From: an uncultured Candidatus Saccharibacteria bacterium
Lineage (GTDB): Bacteria; Patescibacteriota; Minisyncoccia; Phycocordibacterales; UBA9973
Direction of reading: 5' to 3'
NCBI GenBank assembly: GCA_964401705.1
Contig: CAYNZJ010000001.1
Coordinates: forward strand, 3,648-67,647
Length of the DNA stretch: 64,000 nucleotides
Shown one piece after another: positions 18,519 through 27,895 of this stretch (positions are counted from its first letter, which is position 1; each line of letters opens with the position of its first letter). Position numbers and translations under genes: made by a program. The notes under the pieces were generated by a model. That model worked only from the letters and a program-made list of their open reading frames with translations. It did no database searches and had not been told where the DNA came from.

Positions 18519-19952
18519 ATGTTAGATATAATCGAAAGTCTATTCAAATTAATCTTCGAATTAATAACGGAGATATTCAAGGTTATTTTTAATGTCGCAC
18601 CGGATAAAAAAACCAAACTTGATGCAGGGTTTATGAAGGTAAGCAAATTGCTTTCCAGTTGGAATAAAGGGTTTTGTTTAAATGGAACTAAACATATTGG
18701 AATTAAGGCTAGCCATACATCTTGTCTTGTCCTCGGAGGAAGTGGCTCCGGCAAAACAGTATCAGTCTGTATACCAACGATTTATAATTTAGCCAAACAT
18801 GGACATAGCATTACTGTCCATGACCCATCGTCCGAATTGTATAATAATGTATCTGGCTACCTAGAATACTTAGGCTATTCAATAAAAGTAGTAAATTATT
18901 CAAATCCTAATATTTCAGATGGCTTTAATCCGATGTATCGCCTAAAAAATAGTGCCTCTGAAACACAAAAATTAGCATCGCTATTGGTACGAAATTCAAT
19001 GGGTGAAAATAACAAGGATCCGTTTTGGCAAACACAAGCATCATTACTTATTTATTTGATTATGCGAGTGTTGCAACACAAAAGCCACTGGTATCAAAAT
19101 TTAGCTAATGTAAAGAGGGTTCTGGACAATATGACAACCAAACCGGAAGCAATGGATATTTTAGTTGCGGAATGTAGAGATGAATCAATTTTATCGGAGT
19201 ATAAAAACTTTCTAATATTAGATAAGAAGCTGTATACCAGTATTATAAGTAGTGCAAGAGCCGCTTTATCCATTTTTACGGACCCTTTGGTTCAGACAGT
19301 AACGGCTTACGATAGTATTGATTTTGACTCTTTTCGGAAAGAAAAAACTGCCCTTTTTATTAACAACAAAACCGGAGATATCAAATACTATTCAGCGCTT
19401 TCATCTGTATTTTTTGAGCAGTTTTTTTCAAGTATAATGGATAAACTACCAAGTAAAGAGGATAAAAATATCTTCTTCATTATTGACGAGTCATCCTCGC
19501 TTTATTTACCATCAATGCAAATTGCTTTAAGCAACCTCAGAAAGTACAAGGCTGGAATAATGAATATTGCGCAAGACTTTAATCAGTTCCATATTTACGG
19601 AAGTCAAGAGGCAGAAGCAATTCGGACTAATTCATTTGCTAAAATATATTTCCCAGGACAACCCCTCAATACCGCCCAGGAATTAGAAAAATTACTTGGA
19701 TCTTTTGAATTTGAAGATGAGAAAGGCAATCGAAGAACTAGACCTCTTATGACCATAGATGAGATTCGGGCAATGGAACCGAATACAGCTTTAATTGTTG
19801 CTGGTTCTAATCGCGCAGTATTTACCAAGATGAAACCTTATTTTAAATCCTATAAGTATAAAAACTTATCAAAATACGCATTACCAGAAAGGCAGAGCCA
19901 AATACCCTTTGAAGAACTTCCATTAATACCATTACCAAATAAAATCAAATAA
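18519..19952 (+). CDS. type IV secretion coupling protein-like ATPase (VirD4/TraG/TraD family), lacking N-terminal TM region
   Basis: Walker A GGSGSGKT and Walker B IFFIIDESSS, with the usual spacing for this family. Confidence 0.6.
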   Translation: MLDIIESLFKLIFELITEIFKVIFNVAPDKKTKLDAGFMKVSKLLSSWNKGFCLNGTKHIGIKASHTSCLVLGGSGSGKTVSVCIPTIYNLAKHGHSITVHDPSSELYNNVSGYLEYLGYSIKVVNYSNPNISDGFNPMYRLKNSASETQKLASLLVRNSMGENNKDPFWQTQASLLIYLIMRVLQHKSHWYQNLANVKRVLDNMTTKPEAMDILVAECRDESILSEYKNFLILDKKLYTSIISSARAALSIFTDPLVQTVTAYDSIDFDSFRKEKTALFINNKTGDIKYYSALSSVFFEQFFSSIMDKLPSKEDKNIFFIIDESSSLYLPSMQIALSNLRKYKAGIMNIAQDFNQFHIYGSQEAEAIRTNSFAKIYFPGQPLNTAQELEKLLGSFEFEDEKGNRRTRPLMTIDEIRAMEPNTALIVAGSNRAVFTKMKPYFKSYKYKNLSKYALPERQSQIPFEELPLIPLPNKIK

Positions 19953-19974
19953 TTCCACCTTTTAAATATTCAAA

Positions 19975-20418
19975 ATGAAAACAACGAAATCAAATATCAA
20001 CAAAGATGATGTTCTAGTTAGAGCATCCTTTGAACTTTTTAATATGAAAGTTAAAGAGACCGAATCTGAACTATCAAAAATTGAAGTTGAACGTAATGAT
20101 ATTATTCAATCCATAACCAACTCAGAAACTGGAATAGCTAGTGACATTGAACGGTCACGACTTGATGAATTATCTGAGCGGGAAGCAACCCTTCATGAAA
20201 AATGGAATGACCTTGAACTGTCCTATCAAGTTGGTAGTCTGAGTGAATCTATTCAACAAGAAGACCAACAACCCACTAATGAAATAGAAGATCAATGGTT
20301 TGAAGATTCCAAATCTGAATATACTGAATCAGAAATTGAAGAGACAATGGATGAATTGAACGAAATAAGAGATGCTCAGTTATCGCAAGAACATGAACTG
20401 GATATGCCAGATTTTTAA
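19975..20418 (+). CDS. hypothetical acidic protein
   Basis: ORF; rich in Glu/Asp. Confidence 0.25.
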   Translation: MKTTKSNINKDDVLVRASFELFNMKVKETESELSKIEVERNDIIQSITNSETGIASDIERSRLDELSEREATLHEKWNDLELSYQVGSLSESIQQEDQQPTNEIEDQWFEDSKSEYTESEIEETMDELNEIRDAQLSQEHELDMPDF

Positions 20419-20433
20419 TTTTTACAACACTCA

Positions 20434-20880
20434 ATGAAAAAAATCCGAAGCACAGAACTCTTTAAATTCCTTCAGTTGAAGGGGGTTCTTGGTGGTTCGG
20501 ATATCGAAATTAAAAATGCTAAACATCAATATCGGGCAGAGTACAAACGGAAATGGAAACAAGCTCGCCTAAAGATTAAACCAGAACTTAGACCAAACTT
20601 CACAAAAAAAGAAATCGAATCCATCTCAAAAGCTGCCAAAGTTAGAGGCCTTACAAGTACAAACTTTGTTCGACAGTCTGCGCTTAGTCTTGCCTCAAAC
20701 AAAACCCTAATTCCAAATCAGGATAAACTATTAACCATTTTACAGAAATTAAGTATGGCCGGTATAAAAATCTCTAACAAAAAAGGTAACCCATTTTACG
20801 ACCCAGAAGTTAAAGAAGCCGACGACCTGCTTCAAGAAACTGAGAAATTATTGATGGCATACTTAGGTTATGATTATTAA
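20434..20880 (+). CDS. mobC: MobC-like mobilization (relaxosome accessory) protein
   Basis: KIKPELRPNFTKKEIESISKAAKVRGLTSTNFVRQSAL fits the MobC pattern R.....vRlT..E...l...A...G.S.S.y.R. Confidence 0.5.
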   Translation: MKKIRSTELFKFLQLKGVLGGSDIEIKNAKHQYRAEYKRKWKQARLKIKPELRPNFTKKEIESISKAAKVRGLTSTNFVRQSALSLASNKTLIPNQDKLLTILQKLSMAGIKISNKKGNPFYDPEVKEADDLLQETEKLLMAYLGYDY

Positions 20881-21760
20881 GTTATTGTCTCGCCATAGTC
20901 CTTCTTACGGGGGATTGATAGACTATTTACTCAAAGAAGGAAAAGGTGGAGATGACAAAACCCCTGAACCGCTACTTCATAATTTCCGAGGAACCAATAA
21001 AAATGAATGGGTAAAAGAGCTCTGTCAAAACGAAGCCTTTCGAAAAAACCCTCGAAAAGGTCAAATATACTTCCAACACGCTATCCTATCATTTAATAAT
21101 CTTGATTCACAAAACTTAACACCGGAGATATTAAAAGATCTGACTCAAAAATTTATTGAATTAAGAGGAAAGGATGGGATGTATCTAACTGCCCAGCACA
21201 ATGACCGAGATCATCTTCATATACATTGCCTAATTTCAGGACTTAAATTCAAAACTGGAAAGGCTTTTCGCTTGCCAAAAGACAAACTGAAAGACTTGAA
21301 AGTTCAACTTCAGAACTACCAAATAGAGAAATATCCCGAACTCAAAAATTCATTACCAAACCATGGATCTGGAAAAGAATATCTTACACCAAATGAATAT
21401 GGTGCTAAAATTAAAAACTCTAAATCCTATAAAAAATCTGAGCTAGCTCTAAAAATTAATGAGATTCTCAACACTTCAAGCACACAAGAAAATTTCCTTG
21501 AAAAGCTACGAGAGCAAGGCTACCACCATTATGAAAGAGGAGGCAAGATTTATGGAATTACGCTTGATGATAAAAATTACCGGTTTAACACTTTGGGGGT
21601 TAGCTTGGACAAAATGAATTCTTTGCCAAATGATCTAACTCAAGAAGAACAGGCATTGAAGGAAATAAGTGAGTTACGTCAACAGATGGAAACTAAAAAG
21701 GAAATCGAAACCGAACAAGACATTCCCGACGGGGATGAACCACCTTTACCCAATTTATAA
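20870..21760 (+). CDS. MobA/VirD2-family relaxase (mobilization nuclease domain)
   Basis: LLSRHSPSYGGLIDYLLKEGK N-terminal motif and histidine triad QHNDRDHLHIHCLIS (HxDxxHxHxH). Confidence 0.65.
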   Translation: MIIKLLSRHSPSYGGLIDYLLKEGKGGDDKTPEPLLHNFRGTNKNEWVKELCQNEAFRKNPRKGQIYFQHAILSFNNLDSQNLTPEILKDLTQKFIELRGKDGMYLTAQHNDRDHLHIHCLISGLKFKTGKAFRLPKDKLKDLKVQLQNYQIEKYPELKNSLPNHGSGKEYLTPNEYGAKIKNSKSYKKSELALKINEILNTSSTQENFLEKLREQGYHHYERGGKIYGITLDDKNYRFNTLGVSLDKMNSLPNDLTQEEQALKEISELRQQMETKKEIETEQDIPDGDEPPLPNL

Positions 21761-21884
21761 AAAAGGGGAATCGAAAGGGTCTCCCTTCGCAAGATCACAT
21801 GACCATTGGTCTGTAAGAATTACAGTCGACCGAGGGTCATGTTATCTTGCCAACTGCGCGTTGGGGCGTTTTAAACACTTGACA

Positions 21885-22316
21885 ATGAAAGATATAGAGC
21901 GTAGTGTAAATAAAAACAATAAAATGAAAAAGAGCAATTTATCAAAATTTTTAGTTTTGCTGACAGTTATTACGGCTATAACGTCGGGGTATTTTATAGG
22001 AGTACACAAATGCAAACAAGACATCGTAGAACATCTACCACTATCGATTCCACGAAAAATTAGAATTCGAACCTATGAAACAGTAAAAAACCTAAATGCC
22101 GATTCAATTATAAAGCCGTTTTTTGAAAGCTTTGAGTATCGCGAAGTTAATGTTAATTTATCCGGTGTTTTGTTACCAGGAAAGTATACTGGCTTGGTTA
22201 GATTTAAATCAGAATTAGGCACTAGTCAATGGTATGCAATAGATGCTTTTGCTTTAGATTTATCAACATTTATTGATACTTCTAAGATTGAAGTTATTGA
22301 CGGATATATTCCATAA
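21885..22316 (+). CDS. hypothetical membrane-anchored protein
   Basis: Start reset to MKDIERS, downstream of the relaxase overlap. Has a TM helix FLVLLTVITAITSGYFIGV. Confidence 0.3.
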   Translation: MKDIERSVNKNNKMKKSNLSKFLVLLTVITAITSGYFIGVHKCKQDIVEHLPLSIPRKIRIRTYETVKNLNADSIIKPFFESFEYREVNVNLSGVLLPGKYTGLVRFKSELGTSQWYAIDAFALDLSTFIDTSKIEVIDGYIP

Positions 22317-22339
22317 TTAACACATCAAAAAATAAATTA

Positions 22340-22368
22340 AGGGAGATTTCACTCCCTTTTTTATATTT
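22340..22368 (+). terminator. rho-independent terminator
   Basis: aagggagatttcactcccttttttat. Confidence 0.5.
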
Positions 22369-22593
22369 GTACAGACCAAATGCCTAAAAATCAAAAGCCA
22401 AATCAACCTAAATCAAATGAATTAGATAAAAAATCTGAAGTATCACCGAAAGAGAAGAAGGTAGAATTTTGGACATTTATCAGAGAACATCAGTTAATAC
22501 CTGCTGCAATTGGAGCAGTATTAGCAATAATAGGTATTATTTGTACTTGGTATCTTTGGAAAAGACACCTCTGTATCAGACATTACAATTCAA

Positions 22594-23340
22594 ATGATAA
22601 TCGCATACCATCAAGGTATGGAATCAATTGAAAACTATAGCAAAGGCACCATCGCTTATTCATGCCGTATCATAAAAAACTTTTTCGAGTATATCTCGGA
22701 TTGTAATATTGAATGCCTAAATCCAAAACAAATCCGGTCACTAAAATACGTTCAACCGGATAAAGATATAATGACTTCAAGTCTTTTAAAAAGAATGGAC
22801 AATGAATTGAATGAACAATTTTATGAAGACCTAATCATAAAGTTGATGGTTCATATTCTATACGATACTGGTATGCGTGTATCTGAACTTTGTGATTTGG
22901 ATATTTCAAATCTTGAAGAAACAGATACGCCAGGCTTGCGCTGTGCAACCATTCGACGTCGCAAAAGTTTGCGATACAACACGGTTGTATGGGGAAAGGA
23001 AACAAACCGCTTGATGAATCTTTATTTAGGATTAAGGTTATGTTTGGATGTAAATCAAACAGACGCCTTATTTGTAAATAGGAAATCAAAAGGGAACAGG
23101 ATAACGACTAGAACCGTTCAACGATGGATAAAGGAAATTTGCATGCGAGCAAATATTCAAGAGAATATAACACCGCATAGTTTTAGGCATGGTAAAGCCC
23201 ATCAGGTTTTAAACCAGAGTGGTAATGTTAGAGATGTGCAAGCAATCTTAGGCCATGTAAATCCGGCTTCATCATTTAGTTATCTTTCGTTAAACCGTCA
23301 AAGTCAGATATCCGTGTCAGGGAAGTACTTGCCTTCTTAA
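22594..23340 (+). CDS. tyrosine recombinase (XerD-like; possibly N-terminally truncated or frameshifted relative to ORF 22380-22631)
   Basis: HSFRHGKAHQVLNQSGNVRDVQAILGHVNPASSFSYL catalytic box. N-terminus YSKGTIAYSCRIIKNFFEYIS resembles the core-binding domain. Confidence 0.65.
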   Translation: MIIAYHQGMESIENYSKGTIAYSCRIIKNFFEYISDCNIECLNPKQIRSLKYVQPDKDIMTSSLLKRMDNELNEQFYEDLIIKLMVHILYDTGMRVSELCDLDISNLEETDTPGLRCATIRRRKSLRYNTVVWGKETNRLMNLYLGLRLCLDVNQTDALFVNRKSKGNRITTRTVQRWIKEICMRANIQENITPHSFRHGKAHQVLNQSGNVRDVQAILGHVNPASSFSYLSLNRQSQISVSGKYLPS

Positions 23341-23532
23341 AATACTTGCAAAGAATATTATGTGGTTATATAATATTATCAAGCACTTAGATCTTATGAA
23401 ATTTACAAGCTTCATTCACTTATTAATCTAAAAACTGATTGGGTTAATAAATGATAATGAAGTTGGTAGCGATAGCATTAGGGAAGAGATAGTAAGACCA
23501 GTTATATGGCTTATTATTTTTTACTTCACTGT

Positions 23533-23560
23533 GTCGCACAACATAGATTTTGCGACATAT
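23533..23560. repeat. right boundary repeat (candidate attR)
   Basis: tgtcgcacaacatagattttgcgaca repeats the 14-mer and the TTTTGCGAC motif seen at 6976-7042. Confidence 0.5.
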
Positions 23561-23595
23561 ATATAATACTAATATATAATAAAGCTTTTAAATCT

Positions 23596-25428
23596 TTAAC
23601 TAAAGAATGTCTGGTGCCATAATACCAGCATATATATTGCAAATAGTTTCCTTGATCTATCTGCTATTCCATTATTATGATCATTGATTAATTTTTCAAT
23701 TTCTGATTTTGGTAAATATTCTTCTATAAATTTATTATCCATTAATAAATTACTAAACTTATCCATATCTTCTTTCATCCAATTCCTTAGTGCTGTTGGA
23801 AACCCTAATTTACGGGCTTTATTCACCTTGTTTGGTATAAGGCCTTTAAATGCCTCTCTAAGCGCATATTTAGTCGTACTATGAGCAAACTTAAGCTTGT
23901 CGGGCAATTTAGAGCTGTAGGTAGATACCCTTATATCAAGAAATGGAACCCGAAGTTCTAATGAATGTGCCATGGTCATTTTGTCAGCTTTGGCTAAAAT
24001 GTCACCACGAAGCCAAGTATGGATATCAATGTATTGCATTTGAGTTGGCTCGGAATAATTTTGGATTTTATTATAAATACTTTCAATATCAAAATAATTT
24101 TCAACTTTTGGTCCAACCCAAATTTTATTGATTTCATTTTTTGTATACAAAGTTGCATTACCAATGTAACGATTTTTTAGTGGAGTAAAGTATCGTTGTA
24201 AATAATTTTTACCAAAGAACTTTTTATCACTAAATGCCCAGCGTCGCAAAATATTTTCTCTTATAAATTTAGGAATTATATTTAATTTCATTCGGTCATA
24301 GTATTCGTGGTAGATAGTATAACCACCAAAGAATTCATCCGCACCTTCGCCAGAGAGAACCACGGTTACATATTTACGGGCTTCCCCTGCCATTAAGTAT
24401 AGCAGTATTGCTGATGGATCCGCGACTGGTTCATCAAAATGATATACAGCTTTAGCTAGTGCATTTATATATTCATCTTTATTAACTATTTGCTGATGAT
24501 GAATACTTTTTATTTTTTCTACTGTTTGGTTTGCTGATTCGAATTCGTTTACTTGTTCCCCACCTATTGTAAAAGTATGAATTGGTTTGTGTAAATGGTT
24601 TGTTAAAAGTGTTGCATTGATACTACTGTCTACTCCACCAGATAAAAATGATCCGACTGCCACATCAGCTATTGCATGGTGGGCTACAGAATCTTTGAGT
24701 AATGTTTTGATTTCATTTTTAGCTTTACTAATTTTTAAACTCTCATCATTTTTAAATTCAAATTCAAAATATTTATTAATAGTAAATGAACAATCATCTA
24801 AATTAACATTCATTACGTGACCTGGAGTTAAAGTAAAAATATTTTTAAAAAAAGTTTCATTCAAAGGATTATATTGGTACTGCAAATAATGATAGATTGC
24901 ATCATTATTTATATTCTTTTCATAACGAGCATCTTCTAATATTGATTTTATTTCAGAGCCAAAAGAAAATATTTTATTATCTTGGCTATAATAATAAAAT
25001 GGTTTGATTCCAAAATGATCCCGTGCAATAAATAATTTATTTTTAACTGTATCGTATATACAAAATGCAAACATTCCGCGTAAATATTTAGGAGTACTTG
25101 ATCCAAAAACTTCGTACATTGCTAAGATTGTTTCTGTGTCAGAATGAGTTTTGAATTCATAACTATTTAAAAATTCACTGCGAAGTTCCTTATAGTTATA
25201 TATTTCACCATTAAAGAAAATACATTTGGTTTTGTTATGGTTCCATATTGGCTGGTCCCCACCGGCAATATCAATAATCGCCAGCCGGCGCATAGCCAGA
25301 CCCACATTATCATCAGCATACAAACCAGCACCATCCGGCCCACGATGAAATATCGCGTCATTCATACGACTAACAACATTTGTATTTTCATCAGTACCTT
25401 TACCAATATAACCAACTATTCCACACAT
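23596..25428 (-). CDS. asnB: asparagine synthase (glutamine-hydrolysing)
   Basis: MCGIVGYIG N-terminal Ntn amidotransferase; SGGVDSS PP-loop; 610 aa. Confidence 0.85.
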   Translation of the reverse strand: MCGIVGYIGKGTDENTNVVSRMNDAIFHRGPDGAGLYADDNVGLAMRRLAIIDIAGGDQPIWNHNKTKCIFFNGEIYNYKELRSEFLNSYEFKTHSDTETILAMYEVFGSSTPKYLRGMFAFCIYDTVKNKLFIARDHFGIKPFYYYSQDNKIFSFGSEIKSILEDARYEKNINNDAIYHYLQYQYNPLNETFFKNIFTLTPGHVMNVNLDDCSFTINKYFEFEFKNDESLKISKAKNEIKTLLKDSVAHHAIADVAVGSFLSGGVDSSINATLLTNHLHKPIHTFTIGGEQVNEFESANQTVEKIKSIHHQQIVNKDEYINALAKAVYHFDEPVADPSAILLYLMAGEARKYVTVVLSGEGADEFFGGYTIYHEYYDRMKLNIIPKFIRENILRRWAFSDKKFFGKNYLQRYFTPLKNRYIGNATLYTKNEINKIWVGPKVENYFDIESIYNKIQNYSEPTQMQYIDIHTWLRGDILAKADKMTMAHSLELRVPFLDIRVSTYSSKLPDKLKFAHSTTKYALREAFKGLIPNKVNKARKLGFPTALRNWMKEDMDKFSNLLMDNKFIEEYLPKSEIEKLINDHNNGIADRSRKLFAIYMLVLWHQTFFS

Positions 25429-25430
25429 AA

Positions 25431-26882
25431 TTAAAGTCGACTTAATGTTTCAGTTTTTCCCAATACAAATGCACTAGTAAATGGGTCTGGAGATTTGGCG
25501 AGCCCAGTTAAAGCTACGCGCATAGCCCACAGTACATCCCCACGGCCATTCTGGTCAGCATAAGGCATGATTTTACCTTTGATAAATTCCATATCCCAAT
25601 TTAACTCATCAATTCCAGATAAAATATCTTTAACCCCTTGTAAAAATTCTTCTACCTTCTCCCCTGCTGTATTCCCCAATTTTGTTTTAGGAGAAATTAA
25701 TAAAGATTTTTCATAAACAGGAGTTGTAAAGAAAAAGTCTAATTCCCCACCAGCTATAAACAAATCTTTTACATCACCTAGTTTATCAATATGGTCACGA
25801 ATAATGTAAATTATTTTATTTAAAATTTCAGGATTTTGTTTAACATGGTCTGGTAAAAAACCAGAAATCCTTTTTATAAATTCAGCATCAGATAATCTTT
25901 TGATATGTTCACGGTTATACCAATTTAGTTTAACATCATCAAATTGCGCACCACCTTTTTGTAATCGTGTAATATCAAATGCATTAATTAATTCATCATG
26001 AGACATAATTTCAACTTCACCACCTGGGTTCCATCCCAAGAATGCTAAAAAGTTAAACAATGCTTCAGGTAAATAACCTTCTTCACGATAATCTAGTATA
26101 TCTTTAGCGCCGTCTCTTTTACCCAGCTTTTTCTTACCACAATCAGCCATAATATGTGGAAGTGATACAAATATTGGCGGTATTGCACCCAATGCATCAT
26201 ATAAAGATAAATATTTAGGTGTAGAAGAAACAAATTCTTGCCCCCGCATAACATGCGTTACGCCCATTTCAATGTCATCAATAACATGTGCAAAATTATA
26301 AGTTGGGTAGCCATCAGCTTTGATTAAAACAAAATCATCTAGTGCCTCTGTTCCAGCAGAAAGTTCACCATAAACAATATCATTCCAAACGTATCTTTTT
26401 ATATCTTTAACACGAAACCGTAATGTTTGCCCAACACCCGTCCAAGGAATGTTGGTTTCTAATGCTCTATGTTCACGATATAAAAATGGAACTTTATTTT
26501 TATCAGCTTCTTGGCGAAGTAATTCAATTTCTTCTTCGGTATGAGGGTCAACATAAGCATAACCTGCATCAATTAATTTTTGAGCATATTTATTATAAAT
26601 TTCTAGCCGATCAGATTGTTTATATGGAGCATATGGTCCACCATTGTCGGGGCCTTGGTCCCAATCAATACCCAACCATTTCAAAGACTCCATGATATGT
26701 TCTATTGATCCATCAACTTCACGGGCTTTGTCGGTATCTTCGATACGCAAGATAAAAGTCCCGTTATTTTTCTTAGCCCAAAGGTATGAAAATAGTGCAG
26801 TTCTAACACCCCCAACATGCATAAAACCTGTTGGGCTCGGCGCAAATCTTGTTATAATTTTTTTATTCTCACCAAGTATCAT
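25431..26882 (-). CDS. gltX: glutamate--tRNA ligase
   Basis: RFAPSPTGFMHVGGVRTALFSYLWAK class I HIGH region typical of GluRS. Confidence 0.85.
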   Translation of the reverse strand: MILGENKKIITRFAPSPTGFMHVGGVRTALFSYLWAKKNNGTFILRIEDTDKAREVDGSIEHIMESLKWLGIDWDQGPDNGGPYAPYKQSDRLEIYNKYAQKLIDAGYAYVDPHTEEEIELLRQEADKNKVPFLYREHRALETNIPWTGVGQTLRFRVKDIKRYVWNDIVYGELSAGTEALDDFVLIKADGYPTYNFAHVIDDIEMGVTHVMRGQEFVSSTPKYLSLYDALGAIPPIFVSLPHIMADCGKKKLGKRDGAKDILDYREEGYLPEALFNFLAFLGWNPGGEVEIMSHDELINAFDITRLQKGGAQFDDVKLNWYNREHIKRLSDAEFIKRISGFLPDHVKQNPEILNKIIYIIRDHIDKLGDVKDLFIAGGELDFFFTTPVYEKSLLISPKTKLGNTAGEKVEEFLQGVKDILSGIDELNWDMEFIKGKIMPYADQNGRGDVLWAMRVALTGLAKSPDPFTSAFVLGKTETLSRL

Positions 26883-26891
26883 ATATTAATA

Positions 26892-27248
26892 TTATTTATC
26901 TTCACGAATCTTTTTCATTTCTTCTGTAAGCTTTATAAGATTATCTTCGGTACTATCTTCAAGGTCGATAAAATCATTTCGGGCTGCTTTAACAGATCTT
27001 ATAAGTTCATCTAATTTTAAATGTACGGCTTTGGCATCTCGGTTTTGCATATTTTGAATTAAAAAAACCATCAAAAATGTAACAATCGTTGTCCCAGTAT
27101 TAATCACTAATTGCCAAGTATCTGAAAAATTAAACATTGGACCAGTTATAAACCAAGCTACAATTATTAAAACTGCTAATATAAAAGCCCATGGGCTACC
27201 GGCATTTTCACCGACTTTATGAGATATTTTATGGAAAAATTCATTCAT
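26892..27248 (-). CDS. low-affinity iron permease-like small membrane protein
   Basis: GSPWAFILAVLIIVAWFITGPMFNFSDTWQLVINTGTTIVTFLMVFLIQNMQNRD matches my memory of this family. Confidence 0.4.
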   Translation of the reverse strand: MNEFFHKISHKVGENAGSPWAFILAVLIIVAWFITGPMFNFSDTWQLVINTGTTIVTFLMVFLIQNMQNRDAKAVHLKLDELIRSVKAARNDFIDLEDSTEDNLIKLTEEMKKIREDK

Positions 27249-27421
27249 GAATCTATTGTATCATACAAAGGGCTTTTAATACAATGGTTTTTAAAAGCTT
27301 AATTCTTTATATTTTGACACAAATCACCTATTGTTGTATAACCTTGATTTATTTCTATTATTATGATACTATTTAATACAAATCAAATAAATTTCACTAT
27401 TTTTAACCCCCCCAAAAAAAC

Positions 27422-27778
27422 ATGGCAATTTTTTTAAAAAAACCAGAATCAGTATTAAGACAACTGGATATCATGGAAAGTAATTTACTTAATATGGTAT
27501 CAAATGTAAGGCTTTATGGTTTTCGTGTTAAAAACCATAGCGATTTTATTAACATAAAGAAAAATTACCAATTTATTTTGGGTAATTTAAAAAAATTAGA
27601 ATCAGACTCTATTAAGGAAACTTTTCCTATTGAGGAAACCTTAAAATCAATAAAAGACTTGATTTCTGAAATAGAAAAAGGTTGTGATGTGTCTTTTTTT
27701 AAAAAAGAAGAAGCCCCAATAATGTTTTATTACATTCCTTCGTTCCCTGAAACAAAAAGTTTTGCTTTTTTTAATTAG
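27422..27778 (+). CDS. hypothetical protein
   Basis: ORF only. Confidence 0.25.
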   Translation: MAIFLKKPESVLRQLDIMESNLLNMVSNVRLYGFRVKNHSDFINIKKNYQFILGNLKKLESDSIKETFPIEETLKSIKDLISEIEKGCDVSFFKKEEAPIMFYYIPSFPETKSFAFFN

Positions 27779-27780
27779 GC

Positions 27781-27885
27781 TCCCCACATTTCACCGCGAA
27801 TAAGCATGTATTCCATTCATACATGCCCCTTCCTCCTCAGCCATAAGACTTAAATAGTCAAGGCTGGGGAGTTTTTTATTGTCTA
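27781..27885 (+). other. structured GC-rich element ending in T-run (complex terminator or small RNA)
   Basis: Outer stem CTCCCCA...TGGGGAG encloses a perfect hairpin GCATGTATtccattcATACATGC, then ttttttat. Confidence 0.35.
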
Positions 27886-27895
27886 TAAAATTTAA

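Larger units (their letters stand above)
6976..23560. mobile_element. integrated mobilizable element (~16.6 kb) bounded by imperfect direct repeats
   Basis: TGTCGCACAACATA plus a TTTTGCGAC motif at 6976-7042 and again at 23533-23560. Gene content between them: rep, toxin, ardC, int, xis, T4CP, mobC, relaxase, second recombinase. Flanked by core genes rpmA and asnB. Confidence 0.6.

Noticed and set aside
22380-22631. 83-aa ORF with TM helix overlapping the recombinase start
   Set aside because: It is probably either a frame artefact or the remnant of a frameshifted recombinase N-terminus. Without reads I cannot decide, so it is not called.
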